From: Felis catus
Lineage: Eukaryota
DNA length: 64,000 nt
Assembly: GCF_018350175.1 (NCBI RefSeq)
Contig: NC_058382.1
Span: 7,998,001 to 8,062,000, forward strand
Direction: 5' to 3'
Below the pieces are notes generated by a model. The model made no database searches. It was not told the DNA's origin and saw nothing but the letters and a program-made list of their open reading frames with translations. The number at the start of each line of letters is the position of its first letter. The stretch's first letter is position 1. Of this stretch, positions 35,401-47,500 are shown one piece after another. Position numbers and translations under genes: made by a program.

Positions 35401-37811
35401 CCCTGGGCCCTGGGGAGCCACAGGAGGGCTGTGGGCAGGGGAGGATCCAGTGAATAACCCCTCAGGGCTGACAGGGGGCAGAAGGGACTCTGCTTCTGTC
35501 TGTGCCCCCAGTGATGCAGGTGACAATCACTAAGCACCAGGAGGATACAGCATTGACTAAAACAGACACGATACCTGCCTGCACTAATTCACAGACTAGG
35601 ACAAGTGCAGGCCAACAGTACCCAATAGGGCTTAGTGTGACACTGTCAGGGTGGGATGAAGGCTGGGAGATGAGGGGCATTAACAACTTGGGAAGAACTT
35701 CCCAGAGTGGAGGGCAAGGCCGAGGGCACAGCATGGACAAGGACTTGAGCAAGAATGGTAAATGGCTGGTCATGGGCAGGTGCGGGAGGAGAACCCAGGT
35801 TTGGACCCCAAGTCTGGCCTCTGCAGTCCTGCCCCTGGAGCTCAGCACTGTCCCCTTGTTCCACCACAGGCCCTCAAAGATCTCAAGAAACTGGGCTGCA
35901 GAAAGGCAATGAAGAAGTTTGAAAGGCACACGCTCCTGGTGAGTGGGGGCCTTGGCGTCGCCGTCTGAGAAACAGAAACAAGGAGGGCACCCGTGGGCTT
36001 TAGCCCTGGAGTCAGAAGGCAGGAGTCCCGGACTCCAGGCCTGCCACGGCCCTCCTGCCTGACCCGAGGCGGCACACGGCCCCCTTTCTGGGCTTGCGTC
36101 CCTCCTCTGGATGGCTAAGCTTCAGAGAACCGTACTAATAAGCTCACGGTCCTGTCACGGAACCAGGAGGCCCAGCCTGGGAGGGATCCCCATGGGAGCG
36201 GGGACAGAACAGGCAGGTGCAGGACGCTTGGGTCCTGACCCGGGCGCGCACCCATCCCCCAGGAATACCTCCTCGGGGAGGGGAACTTGAGCCAGCCGGC
36301 CGTTCGGCTCCTGGGAGACGTGATGGCCAAGGACGGCTTCTTCTATCTCAGCTTTGCGGAGGCCCTAAGGGCCCACAGCTGCCTCAGCGACCGGCTCCGG
36401 TGAGAGGCGGGGCCGGTGGACAGGGCGGGGCCGACGAGGGCCAATGCGGGCGAGAAACGGAGTGGGCGGAGCTGTTGGCGTTGGGTGGGGCGGGACTGGC
36501 GGGAAAGGAGCCGGACGCACAGGTGCGGGAAGGGGCACAGAGGGCGGAGAGACGCGGAGCTCGGGTCTGGCCACACGCGCCCTCTCGTCACGGTTCCTCC
36601 GGAGGAACTGGATAAGAATGTTCCCGGAAAAAGGTGTGGCTCAGAGAAGAGACGGGGTTCCCGGGTCGCACATTCTCTGCTCCCTGGTCCTCCGGGTGAT
36701 GTCAGGGACTGGCGAGGTCAAGGGTAGATGAATGGGCGGGGCCCGCGAGAAGGGGCAGGATAAGAGGGGACCCGGCAGGTGAAAACTAGGATGGGTACCG
36801 GGGAGTGCCCAGGGCGGGGCCCGCGGGGAGGAGCCCACGAGGCAGGGCAGTGCCCGAGCTCCCGGATCACGCTCTCGCCCTGCCCGCAGGTACAGCCGCA
36901 TCGTGGGCGGCTGGGACCTGCTGCCGCGCGCGCTGCTGAGCTCGCTGTCGGGGCCAGTGTTGCTGCACGCGCCTGTCGTGGCGATAACGCAGGGGACGCA
37001 CAATGTGCGCGTGCACGTCGCGAGCTCGCGCGGGGCCCGGAGTCTGAAGGCCATGACCGCCGATGTGGTGCTGCTCACCGCGAGCGGGCCGGCGCTACAG
37101 CGCATTGCCTTCTCGCCGCCGCTGACGCGCAGGGGGCAGGAGGCGCTGCGCGCGCTGCACTACGTGCCGGCCACCAAGGTGTTCCTGAGCTTCCGCCGAC
37201 CCTTTTGGCACGACGAGCACATCGAGGGCGGCCACTCGAGCACCGCCCGCCCGTCGCGCGTGATATTCTACCCGCCGCCGGGAGAGGGCGCGCTGCTTCT
37301 GGCTTCGTACACGTGGTCGGACGCGGCCACCGCCTTCGCCGGCCTGAGCCAGGAGGAGGCGATGCGCGTGGCGCTCGACGACGTGGCGGCGCTGCACGGG
37401 ACGATCGTGTACCGGCTCTGGGACGGCAGCGGCACAATCAAACGCTGGGCCGAGGACCCACACAGCCAGGGCGGCTTCGTGGTGCAGCCGCCGACGCTCT
37501 GGCAAGACGGCGGGGACGACGGGCAGGACTACGACTGGTCAGTCCCCTACGGCCGCATCTACTTCGCCGGTGAGCACACGGCCTACCCGCACGGCTGGGT
37601 GGAGACTGCTGTCAAGTCGGCGCTGCGCGCGGCCGTGTTAATCAACAGCCGCGAAGGGCACAGCCGCGAGGGGCACACGCTGGTCAACGAGGAGGGGCTC
37701 GTGCGCCAGGTGCCCAGCCGTCCCCGGTGCGAGTTCCAAAAGGCTGGTGCCACCCACGCTCCGGCCCCACATGGGATGACCGCTCAGCACACCAAGAGAC
37801 CCGAGCATTAA
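32436..37811 (+). CDS. IL4I1: Interleukin-4-induced 1, secreted L-amino-acid oxidase (564 aa)
   Basis: Exons 32436-32448, 32552-32790, 33447-33559, 33995-34196, 35870-35938, 36263-36399, 36890-37811 total 1695 nt, all GT-AG. Signal peptide, FAD motif [52 protein letters not shown]. Confidence 0.97.
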
Positions 37812-38100
37812 AAATGTATTTTCAGAAAAAGCCGTGTGGTTCAGTAGCTTCCCCAATGTGCACGAAGCAAAGCCGTTAGCCTTCGTGGTGGAAGGAGCTG
37901 CGCCTCGTTCTGGGGCCGCAGCAGCTGTCCTACTTCTTCCTGGGCGGTGGGGCCCCACCGGGGGAGGGGGAGAGGAGGGACCAGATGGACACTGCTTTGT
38001 GCCACTGGTAGATGGTAATCACGGTGCCCACTCCGGCTGTCACCAAACAGAGGAGCCCTGATGTCAGTAATAGCCCAGCAGGCAGTGGGTTAAACACGAG

Positions 38101-38106
38101 TTTATT
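38101..38106 (-). terminator. TBC1D17 polyadenylation signal AATAAA
   Basis: TTTATT on +, about 480 nt past the stop codon. Confidence 0.75.
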
Positions 38107-38585
38107 GTTTTCATGTAACAAGAAGCTGGTGGGCAGAGTCCCTAGAGCGTCTCAACAGCTCTGCAGGCCCTTCCATCTCGGTTATGTCCCGGACGTGTCC
38201 CCGCAAAGCTACCGGTGGCGGCCATACCCCAGCACTTCCTCCTCATTCCTCCAAAAGCCCCAAATCCAGGCGGATAACAATAGCCCTACCTCCACGAGCC
38301 CCCCAAAGGCCTCCTCTGACGTCTCATTGGCTGGGTCGGGACCACGTGATCAGGCGTCAGCAGAGCGGCAAGGCCACCACCCCCTCCCCATCCAGGTCCA
38401 CGCCAAGATAGCCGCCTCCTTCACCTACACGAGGCCAGCTGGACACGGGAAGTGTCAGTTTAATGAGATGGGCTCATTAGGAGCCACGGGAGGTACGGTG
38501 GGGAGGCCCACCCTCTTCGCACACTTCCTCCCCAGCCTCTGCGATCTGGATAAAGTGCTTGTGCCGGGCAGGCCGGCCGGGAGGG

Positions 38586-41500
38586 TTAAGACTTCACGCT
38601 TTCCTCTTCCTCCCCCTCCTCTTCCTCCTCCTCCGGCAGGATCTCCAGGCTGCTGTCCGGCTGCGGGGCTGTGTCCTCGGGGGGCGGTGGGGCCGGTGGG
38701 GCCCGGGTGGGCGACAGAGGCAGTGGGGAGGCAGGGGGCGAGGGGCTGTGGGGCTCTGTGGGTGGCACCAGACCCAAGACCTCCTGCACGTTGTGGGGCA
38801 GCTCCTGCAAAGTCGGCAGGTGGGAGCGAAAAGTCAGTGGTTTTACCGGGGGTGGTGGGCAGGGAAGGGTGTCGGCAGAAGTCGGGGGCTCACCGGGCAG
38901 GCGGTCAGTTGCCGGTAGAGGGCCTCGGCCCGCGTCAGCACGTCCTCCACGCTCAGCTTCATGGTCAGCTCATTGATGTGCTGTGGGAAGGGGTGGATCA
39001 GGCCTGCCGGCCTACGGGCCCTCAACCACCACCGCCCCAGCGCCCATTCTGTGCCTCTGGGTGGGGATATAATGGAAGAAAGACAGACTGGGGAAGGCTG
39101 GAGGCTGGGGAGAGGACGAGGTCATGCCCTCAGGCTGCTTGCCAGATGCAAGTACAGTGAAGGGAAAGGGCACTGAGCTCCACCCCTATGGCCCTGTCGT
39201 GCATTAACGTGATAGGGAAGGGGTAGGTCCCCCCTCACGTGCTGGCCGCACCCCATGAGGGTGCTGCTGGCAGCCAGCGATAGGATGGGGTAGGGAAAAC
39301 AGCCCGATGTCACGGCCATGGTGCTCACAGCTTGGCCAACCGCACTTCCCACAATCCTGTTTTGAGTAGTTGCTACCCCAAGGTAAAGTGTGGCATGGGC
39401 ACAGCACCAGCCTCTGCGGAATTCACACCTGAGCTGCCTTGAAACGCTTACGCAGGTCAGGACTGGCAGGGAGAAGGGGAGGACTGGGAAGGAGCCAAGG
39501 CCTCACCTTGAGGATCTCATTGGAGCCAAAGCCAGAGAGCATGAGGGTGTCCCGTTCCATGTCCAGAATGGCACAGGCCACCAACAGGTGCAGATTGGGG
39601 CCAGGGAGCCCCGTCCACAGCACCTGGGAGGGCCAGAGGGAGGAGTCACCGCACAGTCTCTGCCTGAGGTCCCACCCAGGTCTGCCTCACCCCTGCCCAC
39701 TTCCCCCCCACAACCTCCCAGCCCGGGGTTGCTGACCTATTTCTCTTTCCTGTTCACCCACCGACCCAAACTGGGGGGCCCACCTCCCACAGCCGAAGGA
39801 CGTCCGGGAAGGGGAATTCTCTCTTGAACCAGATGAGCAGCCACCGGAAGCAGAAGCAGAGAGAGCCAGAGTCCTGGGAGTCTGGAGAAAGACAGTGGTG
39901 GGGAGGGGAGGTGCTGAGCAAAGAGCCAGCCCCAAAGCCATTCCAACCCCATTTTCATTTACAGTGTGCACGGTGGTCAGACTGCGACTCTAAGAAGTTA
40001 TCTCAGTCGTAAGAATCTCCACCAGTCTAGGCAAGGAGCTTATGCCCAGCATGGGAAGGCTTCAGCAGTGAGCCAGGAATGCTCTGTGTCCACAGGAACC
40101 TTCCAGACTCCAGATGAGGTGAGCCAGTCCTGTTTCCCACCTTCACATAAAAGGGGTGCAGTGTGCACTCGAGGAAAAAAATAAAAGGTACCAATACCCA
40201 ATGCTGGTGGAGGCGTGAGGAACCGGGACACTCGTGTGACACTCGTGTGACACGTGTACTCGGCTAGCAAAAAAAAAGTTGGTAAAAACTTCCAGGAAAG
40301 CAGTGACGGGAACAAACATTTCAAAAGCCGTGAAACTATCTCCTGCCCTGAATACAATTTCACTTCTTGGGATTTAGCCTAAAATAATCATCCTGACTAT
40401 GGTCATTGTGATGAGAAACTGCCAATAACTGACACGTCCGGCAGGTCAGGGGAGATCTAGTCTTGCAGGCACTTAAGGCAGACACAACACCTAGTCCGGC
40501 AGCTAGTGGCCTGTACTTTCCTGGATTGCCTCCTCTTTGGTGAGGCGATTTCGGCAATAGCTCCCTCCCCCAGGGCCACCCTAACGTCAGTGAGGAAACG
40601 CCCCTAAAGAACTTAACTCATCGTCACCTGCGTTCAGAAAGAACCATATTATCGACAGTAGCTTTGACTTTCCTTATCGGGATTCCCTGCATTTTTTACA
40701 TCCAACAAGCAACGAAGAATAATTTTGAGGCCGGAATGCAGTGGGCCCAGCCCCGGGAGCCCCGACAACCAGTTTGCAATCCTGGTTCAAGGTGGGTGGA
40801 GGGACGAAGTGCTAGCAGCCGCGTCCAGCCCCCACCCCTTCCATCTGTGAAGTAAGGGGCTTGGGGAGCGTGGAGGAGCGGGGGCGCACGGGAGCGTGGA
40901 CACGTCTGCGCCTGTGGGGAGGTTTGCTCCCAAGGGCAATCCTGCGTAAATTTTGGGTTCTGGGTTTATGCGGGGAGACATTTCTCTTGTTTGGATCAGG
41001 ACCAAATGTCCCGGACACCGTCCGTGGCCCCGCCACCCACTGACCGCCCGCTGGGACGCCTACCCAGGAAATCACAGAGCGACGGGTCCAGCACCCTCAG
41101 GAGCAGCAGGAGCTGCCCGAGCTGCCGCTTCATCGTCTCCTGGCTCTCCTCGAAGTTCCCGTGCTGCAGGAGGGACGGCGAGATGAGGAGCCAGACCCCG
41201 GTCCCTGGAGGGGCCTGTCTCCCATGCCCTCCTGGGGCCTCACCACGAGCTCCATGAAGCCACAGAAACACCAGAAGGCATCCACCTCGTTCTGGATGAC
41301 GTAGAGGATCGGGGAGAGGAGGTCACTCATGCCCTGGACGTAGCCTGGGGGAACACGAGGTCAGGGCCCGGCCTAGGCCCTCAGCACCCCGCCCCCCTCC
41401 CCAAGGGAAGGCCGGACCCCCAACCCCTCCCCGGGCCGGCGTCGCACCGAGGTCGAAGTGGTACATGCAGTAGGTGAGGAGGATGTCGTTCAGCAGGCCC

Positions 41501-44500
41501 AGCCCTGGGTTCTCAGGACCCTCATAGAACTTGTTGGTCCTGTCGGTACGGCTCACGTCTCTCTCTGCGGAGACAGGGCGTGGGATGCCAAAGTGACGAG
41601 GCTGTGGGGGCCCATCCCTACTGGCTGTGGGCACCAGCCCCCGCTCCTCCCTTCCGCAGACCCCGGGCAGGTGTGAGTCAGTCCAGAAACCGTCTCGGGC
41701 GCTCTCACGTGAGGCGCCCTGCTTCATGCTTGGCCAGGTCGCTGCATCCTCCCAGCCACCAACAGTCACTGAGCCATCCACAGGTGGGAAACTGAGGCCC
41801 AAGGAGGCAAAACCACTCGCCAAGGCCTGACGGTATGCAGACGGCAGGCTGAGCCCAAGGAGTCTGGCTCCCTTCCCCTACTCCCCATCTCCTCACTGCA
41901 GATAACCTCATCCCTTTTCTTGGGAAGGTAAGGGGCTCCCCTGTCCTCTCCCTGCCGTTTCCCATCTCCCCGCCCCAGCCCTGGCCCCGCGACCCACCGA
42001 TGAGGCTGCGGTAACCGTGCAGCAGTGAGTTCCTCCGCTCTTGCTCGGGGCTCACAGACTTCCACTGCAGCTTCATTCGGAAATACTCATCCCTGAGGGG
42101 CCCAGAGAGGGTCACACAAGGCCACGACGCGAGCCACCCAGTCACCCTCGCCCCTGTCCCCGTGCTTCCCCTTTCTGACATCTCTCACAACACACAACAG
42201 CCTTGTGAACTCTACACCCGACGTGGGGCTCAAACTCACGACCGGAAGATCAAGAGTCGCACGTTCTACGGTCTGGACCAACCAGGCACCCCCCACCCCC
42301 GCCCTGTTGCGGGCTTTTGTTCCGAGTCTGTCATCCCCGCTGGACAGAGAGCACTGGGGCAGGGACCAGGACATACACAGTGGGGTCACGGTATGTACCA
42401 GGAAGGAGGAGAACTGGGCCCATGGGGTTAGGAGGACCGCCACAGAGTGCTGATAGCGGCAACGTTATGGTCTTGGAATGGAACAGCGATGGACATGGGA
42501 GATGGACCAGCCTGCTCACCACCATCTCCCTGTGCCAGGGCCGGTGCCCGCATGTGCCAGGCTCTTGACTGACCCTTCGGGAGCCAGCCTACCTGTGCAT
42601 CTGTGATGTATCAGGTGTCGTGCCGTGATAGGGGGATATGTTCAACTTGGGGGGTGGGAGCTGGGCGGGGCGGGGGGCCCACAGTTTCTCACTCGTGTTT
42701 TCTTTCTTTCTTTTTTTTTTTTTAAGTTTATTTATTTTGAGATTGTGACCGAGGGAGAAGCAGAGAAAGAGGAGGTGAGAGAGAATCCCAGGCAGGCTCC
42801 ATGCTGCCGGCACAGAGCCTGATGTGGGGCTCGAACCTGCGAACCGTGAGATCACGACCCGAGCCAAAACCAAGAGTCAGATACCTAACTGACGGAGCCC
42901 CCCAGGCGCCCCTCACTCACGTTTTCTTGCGCACATGGGCCTTGTGCTCCTCGGCTGAGCCCTCCCAGCTGAGGTACCCCAGGAGGAACTTCCAAGCTTC
43001 GCGTCTCAGGCCAGGGCTCAGACCCTGGGGGAGAGAGCGGGGCCCGCCACTCAGAGGAGCCTCCTCCTGGCCGCCGGCTGGCCCTCCCCAGTCCTCTGCC
43101 TGCCCACCCGGCGCCTTACCCCCGAGAAGATCCGGGCCTTCAGCATGGGGACTTGCTGAAGGCGGCCCTCGGGGCCCACATGGTGGGCCCACTCCTCCTC
43201 TGTGACCGGAGGTGCCCGCTCCACGGCTGGCCGCGGGCCCAGCTCCACCTGCGTGACACAAGGCAAGTAAGCTCAGGGCCTCACCCATCCTCCCCAGGCC
43301 ACGTGCACGGCAGCTCAGAGCCCTCCTTAGCTCCACGGACAGTTAACGTTCAGGGTGGGGAGCATCTCCTTCCCGGGTCAGCGCCAAAGTCACCCTCCAT
43401 GTCAGGAAGGTCCTCCCCGAGAGTCACAGGCTATAAGCGTTTTCCTCGAGGTCACTCACACGATCTGGTGAGAGTGGTGCTCTGTCGTCCCCGTTATTGT
43501 GGAAAAGGGGACCCAAGGAAATGTGGTCGCCCGCCAAGGTGACGGCCAAAACACAGCAGGGTCCACCTGATACTCACACAGGAGATGACCTCGAACCCAG
43601 GCTCGGGCTCGTCATCGGGCGGTGGAGGAAGGTCGGGGGAGGCCCCCTCTGGGTGTGGCTGCAGGGCTCCCCGGAAGAAGTTGGTCACACGGGAGAAGCC
43701 GCCAAAGGTGGTGGAGTAGGGGTCCTGGAGGAAGCGCTGTGGACAGGGCCAGAGGGCGGTCACGGCTCCAGCCCACCCTGCCTCGCCCACCGAGGCGACC
43801 ACCCCTCCCCGCCCACAGCGGCCCGGCCCGGCACCGCGACACTCACGGACACCACGTTGGAGCTGTCCTGGTCAAAGAGCTGGAGGTGGTGGAAGGAGCT
43901 GGAGAGGGCCGAGGAGTCGTGGGGGAAGACAAGGTAGAGGCGGGAGTCCTGCGGGGAGCTGGGGAGGGGCAGGTGCGGTGACACACTGGGTGGGTTCCCT
44001 CCCGCTTCCAGCTGCAGCGGCCCAGCTGCCCTTGGGGAGGCCCTCGCCTCAGCTGGACCCCAGGGGTGGGCACACAACCCAGGGCTGGCCGGTGAGAGGC
44101 GGCTCCAGGATGCCGCCGGAGAAGGAACTGCTTCTGTCACCGGGGCCGCTAGGCCAGGCCTGCAGGGGCCCCCAGAGAGTGATACCAGCTCTGACACAAA
44201 GAGAGCAATTCTTCCTAACGTTCCGGGGCCCGGGTCCTGCCTGAAACCAAACTACCCTTTGGCTTTGCGGTTGCACGCACCGGTGGATTCCCCCTTTCCT
44301 GCCTTTAAAGCAGTCTGTTTCTTTCACAGCCCCGAGGGGCCGGGCCCCGGGCACAAAGGCCGGTGCTGGAGGAAGGCTCACCTGGCCAACAGCAGGTAGC
44401 GGCTGAGGACACGGAGGAGGGCGCGTGTACCCCCGCGGTGAAAGTGCAGTGCGGGCAGGGAGCCTCCGGCCTGGGTCACCAGGACCAGGTAGGCCCAGCT

Positions 44501-47500
44501 GAGACCTGGCTTAGACCGGCGGATGGACTTGAGCTCCCCCAGACTCACCGAGAAAGCCCAGGAGCCCCGGGGAGAGCTGGGCTCTGCACCTGGAGAAGAG
44601 AGCCGTGTTGGGAACAGGTGCAGGGATCCAGAGGCAGCACACACATCTCCCAGGAGCCCTCTGGGAGCCCTGGGTCACCTCCTGTCTCCTCGGAAACGCC
44701 CACCGCGGGCTTGCTCCGAAACCTCCCTCGGCTCTCAGAGTGACAGCTGTGTTCCTCGAGCTGGTGGCAGGCCCCTCGAGTCTACCTCCTGTCCGTCTTG
44801 TCTCCAGTTCGTTCTCCAGACCCCACACTCGGGCCACAGCTCGAGTTTCCTAAATACACCCGGTGCCCTGTGCCTCTGGCCTTGCACGGCTGCTCTCTCT
44901 GCTGGGGAGAAAACTCCCAGGTGTCGCCCCCCCACCCTGCCCCCAGAGCCAGAGGCTGGCATCACCTCTTCCCAGAAGGCTTTTCTACTCCCAGAGGGGC
45001 CAGATGCCTCCTCTGGGGCCCCCAGCACCCTGCTGAACTCCAGGATAGCCCAAATCACCCTGTGACTCTACAACTGTCCACCCCCACAACCGATCAGGGA
45101 GGGAGCCCGGTGAGATGAGCAAGGTTGGAAGCCCTGGGGACCCTGCCAGGCTGGACCTGGACTGGGGACAGTCCTGCACCCGATCCATTCTCCTGAGACT
45201 GGAAGGCCATCTTGACTGTGACCAGCAAAGCCTGTGGAGCCATGACCGCGGAGGGTAAGCTGTGTGTCCACCTGCCCCTCAGGGGCACCAGCTCAGCCTA
45301 CCTCTAGTGGGCTCTGAGTGGCGGGGCTGTGGCCGCACAGTGCTGATGACAGCCCAGTCGGGTTCGTAGCCGGGGTCAAAGGTCGGTTCCTCCTCAGAGG
45401 TGCAGGCGTCACCCCCACTCACATCCTTGGGGTAGGAAGATAAAGAGAGCGAGGGGCTGTAGATTCAGGACTTCCAAATCCGAGCTGTGAGGCTGCCCTC
45501 GAAGGCGGCCCCATTGAACAAATAGGGCAACTGAGGCAGAGAGGGGGCACAATACTTGCCCAGAGTCACCCGGTGCGGCCAGGGACTGGGATAGGGCCAG
45601 GACTCAAAGCCAATCTCCTGGTGGCTCTAACCCAAGCACCACCACACGGGGGAGCACAGAGAACGCCCCGGGACTGTGCGCTCCGCCCGCCGACTGCCGG
45701 AGGGCACAGTGCTTATAAGTAGCCGGTAGTCACTGGGGCAACTCAAATCAAAGCCACCATCAGGTACCACTTCACACTCACCAGGACGGTGAGGATTAAA
45801 AAGACCGGTTAAGAGAAGCACTGGTAGAAAAACCTGAACCGGAACCGCATATACTGCCCCGGGAACGTAAATGGAAGGAGCTGCTGCGGAAAAACCTGGA
45901 AGTTCCTCAAAAGGTTAAATGTACAAGTACCATACGCCCCAGCGATTCTACTCCCAGGCGTATACCCAAGAGAAATGAAACCAAGCGTCCACTCTTGAAC
46001 ACACAAACGCTCAGAGCAGGATTATTCATAACAGCCCCAAAGGGGAAACAACCCAACCGACGCGTAAGCAAGATGCGTGGGGCTCCGTTTATACACCACG
46101 TCCAGGAAAGGCCAAGCCAGAGAGACGGATTACTGGTTGCCAGAGGCTGGGGGAGGAGAGGATGGGGAGCAGGGGCCAACGGGTGCAGGGCTTCTCCGGG
46201 GGAGGGGGGGGGGTGACGAAATGTCCTGGACTTAGACAGTAGTGACAACTGCCAAGACTTTGCGAACAGAGAAACGCTCGCCTCTGTACTTTAAGAACTT
46301 AAGTTCTTCCGTGACCGTGTGCTTTATTGTAAGTGAATTCTACCTCAATAAAAGAGGCAACTCACAGGTTGTTACGAAAACAAGTAAAGTGCCCTGCGTG
46401 GGGCCTGCTGGCGGATTTGGGGAAGCAGTGCAGGTGAGGGCCGTGCTGAGGGTCACAGTGCAGTCCCGGCCGATGGTGCTGGCCGTGGGCCATGGGGAAG
46501 GACAGGGAGGGGATGGGAGTCCCTTCACAGGACGGTATGCCTTCCTGTCAGGCAGAGGTTGGAAGGCGAAAACCATTTCCCCGGCTCCTCTGCAGCTAGA
46601 GGTCAGGATGCAAGAGAGAGGCTACCGGAAAGCAGAAGCGAGGCAAAGGCAACTTCTGGCTACGCTGGCTGTGTTTGGCTGACGAAGAAGACTCCTGTTT
46701 TCCCCACACACAGAGAGGCGACTAGGGTAGAGGTGGTGGCTAGCTCAGTCTCCCAGTGCCAGGCACTAGCCTTGTAGGGCCCAAGCAGCTTCCTGCCCTT
46801 GGGTGGCAGCTGGTGGTAGGGACCGCTCCCAGGATATCTCTCCCTGCTCCCTCATTTTGGCAGTGGCGGCAGCTCCCCTGGCAGGTCAGTTCTGCAGGGT
46901 CAGTCCCGTTCTATCAGCCCTTGAAAAAACTCTACAGGCCTCTCCCTGCCAGCAGGAGGGTGGCCTTTAATCCTTCCCTGCTGAAAGTAACTGGTGTTTT
47001 GTGCCTCCTACGATGAAACCCTGCGTGATGGGACTTTGTTGGAAGGACACAGACAGTGGATCCACCCCAAAGCCATTTCCGCTGCTCCTTCCAGGCTGAC
47101 GGAGCCCCTCCCACAACAGAAATTAAAACCTCCCCGTGTTTCCTTTCCCAGCCTTCCCTGTGGCTCTGAGTGGCCGTAGGGACCCAACTCTGGCCAGAGG
47201 GAGCTGAAATGACACCTGTGGGGAATGTAAAGGGAAATTCCTGATTTAAAATAAGGCACGTACAGGGATGAACACCCCGTTTAGAACAGCCTTTGGGTGC
47301 CGTTGATGGAGAACGTGGTGTCTGTAGCTGTGGCAGGCAACCAGGGCCAGAAGGGAGTCAGAGACACCCATCCACAAGGCTGCTGAACCAGCCCTGGCAA
47401 AGCCATCCCTGCCCTGCGTGTCTTGTGAGATGAATTTGATGTTTCGACGTTTACATGACATCGAGAGTCAGTGCTGCCGTCTGCGAATGTTTGCAGCTCT

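Noticed and set aside
38012-39160. 382-aa + strand ORF
   Set aside because: Antisense to GC-rich TBC1D17 last exons and 3'UTR; low-complexity Pro/Gly sequence with no recognisable domain.
40227-40257. GACACTCGTGT x2.5 tandem repeat
   Set aside because: Short local duplication within a probable old L1 fragment; not CRISPR-like and no functional clue.
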